From: Eledone cirrhosa
Taxonomy: Eukaryota
NCBI GenBank assembly: GCA_964016885.1
Contig: CAXHJY010001410.1
Location: 29,062 to 93,061, forward strand
Direction of reading: 5' to 3'
DNA length: 64,000 nt
Below are positions 10,958-25,600 of the stretch, piece after piece (position 1 is the first letter of the stretch; each line of letters opens with the position of its first letter). A program made the translations under genes and the position numbers. The notes under the pieces are model-generated. The model saw only the letters and a list, made by a program, of their open reading frames with translations, ran no database searches and was not told where the DNA came from.

Positions 10958-11240
10958 GGGTGTATATATGTGAGTAGAGAGAGAGATTATTTATTTAAAT
11001 TATTGACGTATTGTTTTATTGATATTTTTTATCTGTTTGTCCCGAATCTTCCTTTATCGATTTTTTATCGTATGGTTGATTGTAGACTTGTTCTATATGT
11101 GACGGTATTTTAACGATAGTTATAGCTCTGATTCATCTGAATTATTGAGCCCTCTGCCGCTCATTTCGAATCTTGTTTATCGTGAACTCGTGCGCCGATT
11201 TTTCGATACTCGATCTTTCTAATGTATACATATATATATA

Positions 11241-11321
11241 TATTGGGTGGTTAAGTATGAAATTGTAGAAAACATTTACAAACTTTGATTTTTCTACAAA
11301 TTTCATACTTGACAACCAATA
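11241..11321. mobile_element. Tiny Tc1/mariner-type MITE
   Basis: Imperfect ~28-bp TIRs TATTGGGTGGTTAAGTATGAAATTGTAG / CTACAAATTTCATACTTGACAACCAATA, in TA context. Confidence 0.6.
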
Positions 11322-11548
11322 TATGTAGATATATAGAGGGGGAGCGAGAGTGAGGTGTATATATGTGTGAGTGTAGAGAGAGATGGAGATTATATGTATA
11401 TATAATATATGTGTGTGTGTGTGTGTGTGTGAGAATATACGTAAGCCGGGCGTTATTTTATAGGGGGATTATACCTTATAAGACTGTCAGGTGACGTCTA
11501 CTATCTGTGTGTGTTTATATAAATGTGTCTACACATATATATATATTA

Positions 11549-11870
11549 TGTCAGGTTGCTCTCGAGTGCTACTGGTAACATGTAACCCAGTAAAACCTGT
11601 TTCATTGTCGGCGGTTTAGACGCCGCGAACCTGACAAGCTAGCTTGATGGGGTGGGTAATATTCGGACACCCTGTAGGATGAAATACAAGACCCGGCAAA
11701 GGGCGAAGGAACTCAGACGAGTCAATGGCCATACAACTAGTATACCCCCCCCCCCCCCCCCCCCCTCCATCACCTGGTAGTGAAAGGTCCCCAATTGTTG
11801 TCATAACACCTTTCTAGGAGAGGGAAACTCTGGAGAAAAACACCCGCGGCTTCGGAAGCATCCGATGATG
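11549..11870 (+). mobile_element. 5' end/UTR of the RTE family seen at 1660-3200
   Basis: 11640-11835 is a diverged reverse complement of ~3035-3200 (e.g. AATACAAGA, GGAACTCAG, GTGAAAGG, GAGAGGGAAACTCT). Confidence 0.6.
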
Positions 11871-11914
11871 TTTCTATATTGTCACTTTAATCTGTTGTTT
11901 ATACACACACACAG

Positions 11915-12072
11915 ACATGAGAGCAGACATCAGATCGCTGAAACTCACCGAGGTGATGACGAAGGACCGTGACAAGTGAAGAGACGCTGTGCTGAATAGA
12001 ACCCGTCCAACCCTTGCAAGTAGGGAAAAGCGGACGTAAAATGATGCTGGACGTAAGATGATGATGATGATG
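11915..12072 (+). mobile_element. RTE 3' terminal fragment
   Basis: RADIRSLKLTEVMTKDRDK*RDAVLNRTRPT and tail GGACGTAAAATGATG; matches 8197-8345. Confidence 0.8.
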
Positions 12073-12104
<32 letters not shown>

Positions 12105-12197
12105 CAAGTTTTGGTACCTTTGAAATATATATAATAGAATAAATATGGTTTTAAATATAGTTTCCATTTATTAATATCATTGATATATATATATATC

Positions 12198-12450
12198 AAT
12201 GATATTAATAAATGGAAACTATATTTAAAACATATTTATTCTATTATAATGATATTAATAAATGGAAACTATATTTAAAACCATATTTATTCTATTATAA
12301 TGATATTAATAAATGGAAACTATATTTAAAACCATATTTATTCTATTATAATGATATTAATAAATGGAAACTATATTTAAAACCATATTTATTCTATTAT
12401 AATGATATTAATAAATGGAAACTATTTAAAACCATATTTATTCTATTATA
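12198..12450. repeat. 51-bp tandem repeat (5 copies) of pLTR-like sequence downstream of a hammerhead
   Basis: AATGATATTAATAAATGGAAACTATATTTAAAACCATATTTATTCTATTAT at 12198, 12248, 12299, 12350, 12401; inverted copy at ~12105-12183. Confidence 0.85.
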
Positions 12451-12457
12451 TAGATTT

Positions 12458-12495
<38 letters not shown>

Positions 12496-12536
12496 ATGAT
12501 ATTAATAAATGGAAACTATATTTAAAACCATATTTA

Positions 12537-12593
12537 TTCTATTATATGTATTTCAAGGGTACCAAAACTTTGGTACGCTATCATCAGATAAAA
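12537..12593 (-). ncRNA. Minimal type I hammerhead motif (family of 48332/48521)
   Basis: TTTTAT-CTGATGA-tagcGTACCAA-agtt-TTGGTACcctt-GAAA-TACATA-TA-ATAGAA. Confidence 0.65.
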
Positions 12594-12784
12594 TACAAAG
12601 TTAGTTTTATAAATATTGACATATCCAGGAATGAGACCTTAATGGTTAAAGTTTCACCTGGATGTTGAATTACCAACAAATTGAATATCCCTTTGCTTAT
12701 ATATATATATATATATCCAGTAGGTGTAACTCGATGTTTAGGTTCACTTCTGTGATGATGTGTAGAGCTATACAGAGTGTAAAA

Positions 12785-13032
12785 TATAGAAAGGATAAAA
12801 AGGACGATTGATTATTCCTTCATTGCATTTATTGATAGGTGACACGTGTTTCACCACTGATCAGCTCAAGGTTCGATCTATATCGATCCTACCTGACTCA
12901 ATAATCGGCAGCTCGACGATTATTGAGTCGGGTAGGATCGATATAGATCCAACCTTGAGCTGATCAGTGGCGAAACGCGCCTCACCTATCAATAAATGCA
13001 ATGAAGGAATAATCAATCGTCCTTTTTATCCT

Positions 13033-13039
<7 letters not shown>
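12785..13039. repeat. Long near-perfect inverted repeat (123-bp arms, 9-nt loop)
   Basis: Arms 12785-12907 and 12917-13039; each contains a GAAAC-palindrome-like hammerhead 3' half but no CUGANGA box. Confidence 0.9.
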
Positions 13040-13096
<57 letters not shown>

Positions 13097-13456
13097 AAGA
13101 TAAAATAAAAAATGGTTATTTATAAGAGTTCCATATTTTACTATATGGAACTCTTATAATCATTTTTTATTTCATCTTTATTATATATACTCCAGTTCTA
13201 CCATCTGTCGAGTGCTACTTATCTGATATAGGCATAGTTTTATTGTTCTACTGTTCTACAATATTAATCACCTTGAAGGCATAGCATAATTTAACTTTGT
13301 ATCCTTGAAATATGTATAATGAAATAAATATGGTTTTATAAATATAGTATCCATTTGTTAATATCGTATATCTACTCCAAATACTTGTCGAGTGCTTTAT
13401 ATCAGTTATAAAAATATTTGCTTGTTGTATCCCAACAATTTAAATAGAACTTTTGC

Positions 13457-13496
<40 letters not shown>

Positions 13497-13669
13497 TCTA
13501 TCTGCTGTTGAAATGACTTTGCAAAATTATTGTTGACTTGTTGAGATAAAGAAGGTTACCAAATGACAGTTATGATGGGAGATAAGATATTGTTGAGATA
13601 TAAGATTATGCTCATACATATAATTAATAACACATACACACATATATATATATATAACACACACATACA

Positions 13670-13850
13670 TGAATTGGCAGTATCGGTAGAGGGTCGGACG
13701 CCATGCTTTGATGCATAGAGTTACGGCCCTTGCCATTCTGAGTTCAAATTCCGCCGAGGTTAACTTTGCCTTTCATCCTTACGGTAAAATAAAGTACCAG
13801 TAATACACTGGGTATTTGCTGGCCTTGTGCCAAAAGTAGAAACAATTATT
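13670..13850 (+). mobile_element. SINE family B
   Basis: Matches 2242-2426. Confidence 0.8.
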
Positions 13851-14150
13851 ATACACACAGTGATATCATTATCATCGATTAACGTCCATCTTCCTCGCTA
13901 GCATGGGTTAGACAGGTCCTATTTTGAGGCAAGTTGTGTTGGGTGACCGTGTCTCGTTCAAATGGCTGGTTTTCTAGGGCTGGATGCCCTTCCTAACGCC
14001 AACCACATATAGACAATAATACACACATAAATAAACAGTAACAACCACGCCACTCACACACACACAGACATATAGCAACAGAAACACAGACATTAACAGT
14101 AGCACATACATACACACAGACACATATACCAATACTTATGCATGGAGATA

Positions 14151-15108
14151 TAATAATAATGAAACTTATTGTGTACAGTGCTCAGGTGCACTACAACTCA
14201 TCAAAGGTGCATGTATAGTACATAGAATAATGTACAAATGTCAGGAAAGTGAACAGTGTATGAGTCATGATATACATGTGTGTGTGTATGGAGGGGGATA
14301 TCAGGTGTAGTGTTGGTGAATTTCAGGAGGCATGGAGGTTTTAAAGGATGCAGTGTCTCGACAGCTAACAACTGATGCAGGTAGTTTGTTCCATGGAGGT
14401 TTTAAAGGATGCAGTGTCTCGACAGCTAACAACTGATGCAGGTAGTTTGTTCCATTGAGGTTTTAAAGGATGCAGTGTCTCGACAGCTAACAACTGATGC
14501 AGGTAGTTTGTTCCATGGAGGTTTTAAAGGATGCAGTGTCTCGACAGCTAACAACTGATGCAGGTAGTTTGTTCCATGGAGGTTTTAAAGGATGCAGTGT
14601 CTCGACAGCTAACAACTGATGCAGGTAGTTTGTTCCATTGAGGTTTTAAAGGATGCAGTGTCTCGACAGCTAACAACTGATGCAGGTAGTTTGTTCCATG
14701 GAGGTTTTAAAGGATGCAGTGTCTCGACAGCTAACAACTGATGTAGGTAGTTTGTTCTATGGAGGTTTTAAAGGATGCAGTGTCTCAACAGCTAACAACT
14801 GATGCAGGTAGTTTGTTCCATGGAGGTTTTAAAGGATGCAGTATCCCAACATCTAACAACTGATGCAGGTAGTTTGTTCCATGCTTCAGCAACTCGGAGT
14901 GTGTAAAGATGTTTCTGAAAGTCATGGGAGCTGTGCTGTTTTTTGACTTTGTAGACATGCCCACGTGTGTTAGACACATGGAATTCTAAAAGGTATTCAG
15001 GGTTGTTGTTGGCAAGATGGTTAATAATTTTGTGGGTGTCTACCAAGTCAGTTGCCAGACATCGGAGCTTCAAAGTATCCATGCCCAGGGAAGCAAGGCG
15101 TTCAGAAT
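14151..15108 (-). mobile_element. CR1/L2-group LINE 3' end
   Basis: TRGHVYKVKKQHSSHDFQKHLYTLRVAEAWNKLPASVV..SFK (CR1-type ORF2 C-terminus), 3' UTR and (ATT)n tail. Confidence 0.8.
14331..14883. repeat. 61-bp tandem array (~9 copies) inside the CR1 ORF end
   Basis: Unit CATGGAGGTTTTAAAGGATGCAGTGTCTCGACAGCTAACAACTGATGCAGGTAGTTTGTTC at 14331, 14392...; minus strand encodes WNKLPASVVSCRDTASFKTS. Confidence 0.92.
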
Positions 15109-15113
15109 ATATA

Positions 15114-16074
15114 TCATCATCGTTTAATGTCTATCTTCCACGCTAGCATGGGTTAGACGGGAATTGTCCCACTTCAGGCAAGATTGATCGGGTGGCCATG
15201 TCTCGCTCGTATAGGACTGTATCTGGCAGGTTTTCGACGGCTGGATGCCCTTCCTAACACCAACCACATTTACAGTGTGGACTGGGAGCCTTTTTACCAT
15301 GTTTCCTACACAATCACTTTACAGTGTGGACTGGGGGCCTTTTTACTGTGTCTCCTACATGACCACTTTACAGTGTGGACTGGGAGCCTTTTTACTGTGT
15401 CTCCTATATGACCACTTTACAGTGTAGACTGGGAGCCTTTTTACTGTGTCTCCTACATGACCACTTTACAGTGTGGACTGGGAGCCTTTTTACTGTGTCT
15501 CCTACATGACCACTTTACAGTGTGGAATGGGGAGCTTTTTACCGTGTCTCCTACATGACCACTTTACAGTGTGGACTGGGAGCCTTTTTACTGTGTCTCC
15601 TACATGACCACTTTACAGTGTGGACTGGGAGCCTTTTTACTGTGTCCTACATGACCACTTTACAGTGTGGACTGGGAGCCTTTTTACTGTGTCTCCTATA
15701 TGACCACTTTACAGTGTGGACTGGGGGCCTTTTTACCGCATCTCCTACACGATCTCTATAGTGTGGACTGGATGTTCTGTGGTACCAACATAACTTTACA
15801 GAGAAAGGGTGGTGTGGGCAGAAGTGGGAGGATGAAGTAGGGGTAGTGGGTTGGGGTGTATATTTGGTTAAGAAGTGCCTACTGAGCGTAGGTTTAACTT
15901 TGTATGGAAGGGAAGGCGGGTCTTCTGTATTACTGTGTAGCACCAAAGATCTTGATCCAGTGACATTGTCTTAGAGAGGTGCAAGTGTGTAAGGTCGGAA
16001 TTTATCAGATCATCCCAGGTTTTTCTGGGTCTACCTACTCCATAACTACCATCAATTTTGATCGCCCTGCACTT
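15114..16074 (-). mobile_element. RTE LINE 3' end with 49-bp array (~10 copies, 15268-15770) in the 3' UTR
   Basis: GVGRPRKTWDDLINSDLTHLHLSKTMSLDQDLW, then UTR, array, GTTGGTGTTAGGAAGGGCATCCAG and ..AAACGATGATGA tail. Confidence 0.85.
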
Positions 16075-16094
16075 AAATATAATACATAGAAATA

Positions 16095-16278
16095 TAATTG
16101 TTTCTACTTTTGGCACAAGGCCAGCAAATACACCAGTGTATTACTGGTACTTTATTTTATCGACCCCGTAAGGATGAAAGGCAAAGCTAACCTCGGCGGG
16201 ATTTGAACTCAGAATGGCAAGGGCCGTAACTCTATGCGTCAAAGCATGGCGCCCAACCCTCTACCGATACTGCCAATC
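16095..16278 (-). mobile_element. SINE family B
   Basis: Reverse complement of 13670-13850. Confidence 0.8.
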
Positions 16279-16520
16279 AGAAATATAATACCAGTCAAGT
16301 ACTGGGGTCAATTTATTCCTCTATATCTCTTTCCCTCACTATCCTTCTCTGGAAGAAAGCTGCTATATTCAGACCTGGAGAGGAGATGGACTCCACTGAG
16401 TTTTAAAATACCCTAGGAACACTTTATGTCAATATGACACACTCACGACTCTCTTGAGAGTTACGGACCCATCTATACAAATATAATACCAGTCCAGTAC
16501 TGGGGGTCAATTCTTCCTAT

Positions 16521-16616
16521 CTCTTCTAAGTAACAATTCAACTAATCTTGTTATATGGAAGTGAAACATGGACACTTTCATCCAAACAACAAAAGCACCT
16601 TGATGGCACCTACACT
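16521..16616 (+). mobile_element. RTE reverse-transcriptase fragment that seeds the giant satellite
   Basis: Reads LF*VTIQLILLYGSETWTLSSKQQKHLDGTYT; compare QYGSETWTLTKKLTQMVDGCYT at 43525. Confidence 0.8.
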
Positions 16617-19600
16617 ACTGCTACTACTACTACCCCTACTACCTTGATGGCACCTACACTACTGCTACTACTACTACCCCTACTACCTTGATGGCACCTA
16701 CACTACTGCTACTACTACTACCCCTACTACCTTGATGGCACCTACACTACTGCTACTACTACTACCCCTACCACCTTGATGGCACCTACACTACTGCTAC
16801 TACTACTACCCCTACTACCTTGATGGCACCTACACTACTGCTACTACTACTACCCCTACTACCTTGATGGCACCTACACTACTGCTACTACTACTACCCC
16901 TACTACCTTGATGGCACCTACACTACTGCTACTACTACTACCACTACCACCTTGATGGCACCTACACTACTGCTACTACTACTACTACTACTACTACCTT
17001 GATGGCACCTACACTACTGCTACTACTACTACCCCTACTACCTTGATGGCACCTACACTACTGCTACTACTACTACCCCTACCACCTTGATGGCACCTAC
17101 ACTACTGCTACTACTACTACCCCTACTACCTTGATGGCACCTACACTACTGCTACTACTACTACCACTACTACCTTGATGGCACCTACACTACTGCTACT
17201 ACTACTACCCCTACTACCTTGATGGCACCTACACTACTGCTACTACTACTACCACTACTACCTTGATGGCACCTACACTACTGCTACTACTACTACCCCT
17301 ACTACCTTGATGGCACCTACACTACTACTACTACTACCACTACTACCTTGATGGCACCTACACTACTGCTACTACTACTACCCCTACTACCTTGATGGCA
17401 CCTACACTACTGCTACTACTACTACTACCTTGATGGCACCTACACTACTGCTACTACTACTACCACTACCACCTTGATGGCACCTACACTACTGCTACTA
17501 CTACCACTTTGATGGCACCTACACTACTGCTACTACTACTACCACTACCTTGATGGCACCTACACTACTGCTACTACCACTACTACCTTGATGGCACCTA
17601 CACTACTGCTACTACTACTACTACTACTACCTTGATGGCACCTACACTACTGCTACTACTACTACCACTACCACCTTGATGGCACCTACACTACTGCTAC
17701 TACTACTACCACTACCTTGATGGCACCTACACTACTGCTACTACTACTACCACTACCTTGATGGCACCTACACTACTGCTACTGCTACTACTACCTTGAT
17801 GGCACCTACACTACTGCTACTACTACTACCCCTACTACCTTGATGGCACCTACACTACTGCTACTACTACCACTTTGATGGCACCTACACTACTGCTACT
17901 ACTACTACCACTACCTTGATGGCACCTACACTACTGCTACTACTACTACCCCTACTACCTTGATGGCACCTACACTACTGCTACTACTACCACTTTGATG
18001 GCACCTACACTACTGCTACTACTACTACTACTACCACCTTGATGGCACCTACACTACTGCTACTACTACTACTACCACTACCTTGATGGCACCTACACTA
18101 CTGCTACTACTACTACTACTACCACCTTGATGGCACCTACACTACTGCTACTACTACTACCACTACCACCTTGATGGCACCTACACTACTGCTACTACTA
18201 CTACCCCTACTACCTTGATGGCACCTACACTACTACTACTACTACTACCACTACTACCTTGATGGCACCTACACTACTACTACTACTACTACCACTACTA
18301 CCTTGATGGCACCTACACTACTGCTACTACTACCACTTTGATGGCACCTACACTACTGCTACTACTACTACCACTACCTTGATGGCACCTACACTACTGC
18401 TACTACTACTACCACTACTACCTTGATGGCACCTACACTACTGCTACTACTACTACCCCTACTACCTTGATGGCACCTACACTACTACTACTACTACTAC
18501 CACTACTACCTTGATGGCACCTACACTACTGCTACTACTACTACCACTACTACCTTGATGGCACCTACACTACTGCTACTACTACTACCCCTACTACCTT
18601 GATGGCACCTACACTACTGCTACTACTACTACCACTACTACCTTGATGGCACCTACACTACTGCTACTACTACTACCCCTACTACCTTGATGGCACCTAC
18701 ACTACTGCTACTACTACTACCCCTACTACCTTGATGGCACCTACACTACTGCTACTACTACCACTACCACCTTGATGGCACCTACACTACTGCTACTACT
18801 ACTACCCCTACTACCTTGATGGCACCTACACTACTGCTACTACTACCACTACTACCTTGATGGCACCTACACTACTGCTACTACTACTACCCCTACCACC
18901 TTGATGGCACCTACACTACTGCTACTACTACTACCACTACCACCTTGATGGCACCTACACTACTGCTACTACTACCACTACTACCTTGATGGCACCTACA
19001 CTACTGCTACTACTACTACCACTACCTTGATGGCACCTACACTACTGCTACTACTACTACTACCTTGATGGCACCTACACTACTACTACTACCCCTACTA
19101 CCTTGATGGCACCTACACTACTGCTACTACCACTACTACCTTGATGGCACCTACACTACTGCTACTACTACTACTACCTTGATGGCACCTACACTACTAC
19201 TACTACTACTACCACTACCACTTTGATGGCACCTACACTACTGCTACTACTACTACTACCACCTTGATGGCACCTACACTACTGCTACTACTACTACCAC
19301 TACCACCTTGATGGCACCTACACTACTGCTACTACTACCACTTTGATGGCACCTACACTACTGCTACTACTACTACCACTACCTTGATGGCACCTACACT
19401 ACTGCTACTACTACTACCACTACCACCTTGATGGCACCTACACTACTGCTACTACTACTACCACTACCACCTTGATGGCACCTACACTACTGCTACTACT
19501 ACCACTTTGATGGCACCTACACTACTGCTACTACTACTACCCCTACTACCTTGATGGCACCTACACTACTGCTACTACTACTACTACCTTGATGGCACCT

Positions 19601-22600
19601 ACACTACTGCTACTACTACTACCACCTTGATGGCACCTACACTACTACTACTACCACTACCTTGATGGCACCTACACTACTGCTACTACTACTACTACTA
19701 CTACCTTGATGGCACCCTACACTACTGCTACTACTACTACCACCTTGATGGCACCTACACTACTACTACTACCACTACCTTGATGGCACCTACACTACTG
19801 CTACTACTACTACTACTACTACCTTGATGGCACCCTACACTACTGCTACTACTACTACTACCTTGATGGCACCTACACTACTGCTACTACTACTACTACT
19901 ACTACCTTGATGGCACCTACACTACTGCTACTACTACTACTACCTTGATGGCACCCTACACTACTGCTACTACTACTACTACCTTGATGGCACCTACACT
20001 ACTGCTACTACTACTACTACTACTACCTTGATGGCACCCTACACTACTGCTACTACTACTACTACCTTGATGGCACCTACACTACTGCTACTACTACTAC
20101 TACTACTACCTTGATGGCACCTACACTACTGCTACTACTACTACTACCTTGATGGCACCCTACACTACTGCTACTACTACTACTACCTTGATGGCACCTA
20201 CACTACTGCTACTACTACTACTACTACTACCTTGATGGCACCCTACACTACTGCTACTACTACTACTACCTTGATGGCACCTACACTACTACTACTACTA
20301 CTACTACTACCTTGATGGCACCTACACTACTGCTACTACTACTACTACCTTGATGGCACCTACACTACTGCTACTACTACTACTACCTTGATGGCACCTA
20401 CACTACTACTACTACCACTACTACCTTGATGGCACCTACACTACTGCTACTACCACTACTACCTTGATGGCACCTACACTACTGCTACTACTACTACTAC
20501 CTTGATGGCACCTACACTACTGCTACTACTACTACCCGTACTACCTTGATGGCACCTACACTACTGCTACTACTACTACCCCTACTACCTTGATGGCACC
20601 TACACTACTGCTACTACTACTACTACCTTGATGGCACCTACACTACTGCTACTACTACTACCACTACCTTGATGGCACCTACACTACTGCTACTACTACT
20701 ACCACTACCACCTTGATGGCACCTACACTACTGCTACTACTACTACCCCTACTACCTTGATGGCACCTACACTACTGCTACTACTACTACCCCTACTACC
20801 TTGATGGCACCTACACTACTGCTACTACTACCACTACTACCTTGATGGCACCTACACTACTACTACTACTACTACCACTACTACCTTGATGGCACCTACA
20901 CTACTGCTACTACTACTACCACTACTACCTTGATGGCACCTACACTACTACTACTACCACTACTACCTTGATGGCACCTACACTACTGCTACTACTACTA
21001 CCACTACCACCTTGATGGCACCTACACTACTGCTACTACTACCACTACTACCTTGATGGCACCTACACTACTGCTACTACTACTACCCCTACTACCTTGA
21101 TGGCACCTACACTACTGCTACTACTACCACTACTACCTTGATGGCACCTACACTACTGCTACTACTACTACCCCTACTACCTTGATGGCACCTACACTAC
21201 TGCTACTACTACTACTACCTTGATGGCACCTACACTACTGCTACTACTACTACCACTACCACCTTGATGGCACCTACACTACTGCTACTACTACCACTAC
21301 TACCTTGATGGCACCTACACTACTGCTACTACTACTACCCCTACTACCTTGATGGCACCTACACTACTGCTACTACTACTACTACCTTGATGGCACCTAC
21401 ACTACTGCTACTACTACTACCACTACCACCTTGATGACACCTACACTACTGCTACTACTACTACCACTACCACCTTGATGGCACCTACACTACTGCTACT
21501 ACTACTACCACTACCACCTTGATGACACCTACACTACTGCTACTACTACTACCACTACCACCTTGATGGCACCTACACTACTGCTACTACTACTACCACT
21601 ACCACCTTGATGGCACCTACACTACTGCTACTACTACTACCCCTACTACCTTGATGGCACCTACACTACTGCTACTACTACCACTACCACCTTGATGGCA
21701 CCTACACTACTGCTACTACTACTACCCCTACTACCTTGATGGCACCTACACTACTGCTACTACTACTACCCCTACCACCTTGATGGCACCTACACTACTG
21801 CTACTACTACTACCACTACCACCTTGATGACACCTACACTACTGCTACTACTACTACCACTACTACCTTGATGGCACCTACACTACTGCTACTACTACTA
21901 CTACCTTGATGGCACCTACACTACTGCTACTACTACTACCACTACCACCTTGATGGCACCTACACTACTGCTACTACTACTACCACTACTACCTTGATGG
22001 CACCTACACTACTGCTACTACTACTACCACTACTACCTTGATGGCACCTACACTACTGCTACTACTACTACCCCTACCACCTTGATGGCACCTACACTAC
22101 TGCTACTACTACTACCCCTACCACCTTGATGGCACCTACACTACTGCTACTACTACTACCACTACCACCTTGATGGCACCTACACTACTGCTACTACTAC
22201 TACCCCTACTACCTTGATGGCACCTACACTACTACTACTACTACCCCTACCACCTTGATGGCACCTACACTACTACTACTACTACTACCCCTACCACCTT
22301 GATGGCACCTACACTACTGCTACTACTACTACCCCTACTACCTTGATGGCACCTACACTACTGCTACTACTACTACCACTACTACCTTGATGGCACCTAC
22401 ACTACTGCTACTACTACTACCACTACCACCTTGATGGCACCTACACTACTGCTACTACTACTACCACTACTACCTTGATGGCACCTACACTACTGCTACT
22501 ACTACCCCTACTACCTTGATGGCACCTACACTACTGCTACTACTACCCCTACCACCTTGATGGCACCTACACTACTGCTACTACTACCCCTACCACCTTG

Positions 22601-25600
22601 ATGGCACCTACACTACTACTACTACTACTACCACCTTGATGGCACCTACACTACTGCTACTACTACTACCACTACCACCTTGATGGCACCTACACTACTG
22701 CTACTACTACTACCCCTACTACCTTGATGGCACCTACACTACTGCTACTACTACTACCACTACCACCTTGATGACACCTACACTACTGCTACTACTACCA
22801 CTACTACCTTGATGGCACCTACACTACTGCTACTACTACCACTACCACCTTGATGACACCTACACTACTGCTACTACTACCACTACTACCTTGATGGCAC
22901 CTACACTACTGCTACTACTACCACTACCACCTTGATGACACCTACACTACTGCTACTACTACCACTACCACCTTGATGGCACCTACACTACTGCTACTAC
23001 TACTACTACCTTGATGGCACCTACACTACTGCTACTACTACTACTACCTTGATGGCACCTACACTACTGCTACTACCACTACCACCTTGATGGCACCTAC
23101 ACTACTGCTACTACTACTACCACCTTGATGGCACCTACACTACTGCTACTACTACTACTACCTTGATGGCACCTACACTACTGCTACTACTACTACCACT
23201 ACCACCTTGATGGCACCTACACTACTGCTACTACTACTACCACTACTACCTTGATGGCACCTACACTACTGCTACTACTACTACCACTACTACCTTGATG
23301 GCACCTACACTACTGCTACTACTACTACCCCTACCACCTTGATGGCACCTACACTACTGCTACTACTACTACCCCTACCACCTTGATGGCACCTACACTA
23401 CTGCTACTACTACTACCACTACCACCTTGATGGCACCTACACTACTGCTACTACTACTACCACTACCTTGATGGCACCTATACTACTGCTACTACTACTA
23501 CTACCTTGATGGCACCTACACTACTGCTACTACTACTACCCCTACCACCTTGATGGCACCTACACTACTGCTACTACTACTACCACTACCTTGATGGCAC
23601 CTATACTACTGCTACTACTACTACCACTACTACCTTGATGGCACCTACACTACTGCTACTACTACTACCCCTACCACCTTGATGGCACCTACACTACTGC
23701 TACTACTACTACCACTAACTTGATGGCACCTACACTACTGCTACTACTACTACCACTACTACCTTGATGGCACCTACACTACTACTACTACCCCTACTAC
23801 CTTGATGGCACCTACACTACTGCTACTACTACTACCCCTACCACCTTGATGGCACCTACACTACTGCTACTACTACTACCACTAACTTGATGGCACCTAC
23901 ACTACTGCTACTACTACTACCACTACTACCTTGATGGCACCTACACTACTACTACTACCCCTACCACCTTGATGGCACCTACACTACTGCTACTACTACC
24001 ACTACCACCTTGATGGCACCTACACTACTGCTACTACTACTACCACTACCACCTTGATGGCACCTACACTACTGCTACTACTACTACCACTACCACCTTG
24101 ATGGCACCTACACTACTGCTACTACTACCACTACCACCTTGATGGCACCTACACTACTGCTACTACTACTACCACTACCACCTTGATGGCACCTACACTA
24201 CTGCTACTACTACTACCACTACCACCTTGATGGCACCTACACTACTGCTACTACTACCACTACCACCTTGATGGCACCTACACTACTGCTACTACTACTA
24301 CCCCTACTACCTTGATGGCACCTACACTACTGCTACTACTACTACCACTACCACCTTGATGGCACCTACACTACTGCTACTACTACTACCACTACCACCT
24401 TGATGGCACCTACACTACTGCTACTACTACCACTACCACCTTGATGGCACCTACACTACTGCTACTACTACTACCCCTACTACCTTGATGGCACCTATAC
24501 TACTGCTACTACTACTACCACTACTACCTTGATGGCACCTACACTACTGCTACTACTACTACCCCTACTACCTTGATGGCACCTACACTACTGCTACTAC
24601 TACTACCACTACTACCTTGATGGCACCTACACTACTGCTACTACTACCACTACCACCTTGATGGCACCTACACTACTGCTACTACTACTACCACTACCAC
24701 CTTGATGGCACCTACACTACTGCTACTACTACTACCACTACCACCTTGATGGCACCTACACTACTGCTACTACTACTACCACTACCACCTTGATGGCACC
24801 TACACTACTGCTACTACTACTACCACTACCACCTTGATGGCACCTACACTACTGCTACTACTACTACCACTACCACCTTGATGGCACCTACACTACTGCT
24901 ACTACTACTACCCCTACCACCTTGATGGCACCTACACTACTGCTACTACTACCACTACCACCTTGATGGCACCTACACTACTACTACTACTACCACTACC
25001 ACCTTGATGGCACCTACACTACTGCTACTACTACTACCACTACCACCTTGATGGCACCTACACTACTGCTACTACTACTACCACTACCACCTTGATGGCA
25101 CCTACACTACTGCTACTACTACTACCACTACCACCTTGATGGCACCTACACTACTGCTACTACTACCACTACCACCTTGATGGCACCTACACTACTGCTA
25201 CTACTACTACCCCTACTACCTTGATGGCACCTACACTACTGCTACTACTACTACCACTACCACCTTGATGGCATCTACACTACTGCTACTACTACTACTA
25301 CTACTACCTTGATGGCACCTACACTACTGCTACTACTACCACTACCACCTTGATGGCACCTACACTACTGCTACTACTACTACCACTACCACCTTGATGG
25401 CACCTATACTACTGCTACTACTACTACCACTACCACCTTGATGGCACCTATACTACTGCTACTACTACTACCACTACTACCTTGATGGCACCTACACTAC
25501 TGCTACTACTACTACCACTACTACCTTGATGGCACCTACTACTACTACCACTACTACCTTGATGGCACCTACACTACTGCTACTACTACTACCACTACTA

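Noticed and set aside
11020-11500. CpG-richer unique stretch and a possible 27-nt micro-exon (TTTTATAG..CAG|GTGAC) of a divergent transcript
   Set aside because: Plausible promoter region, but the motifs are too short to support without expression data.
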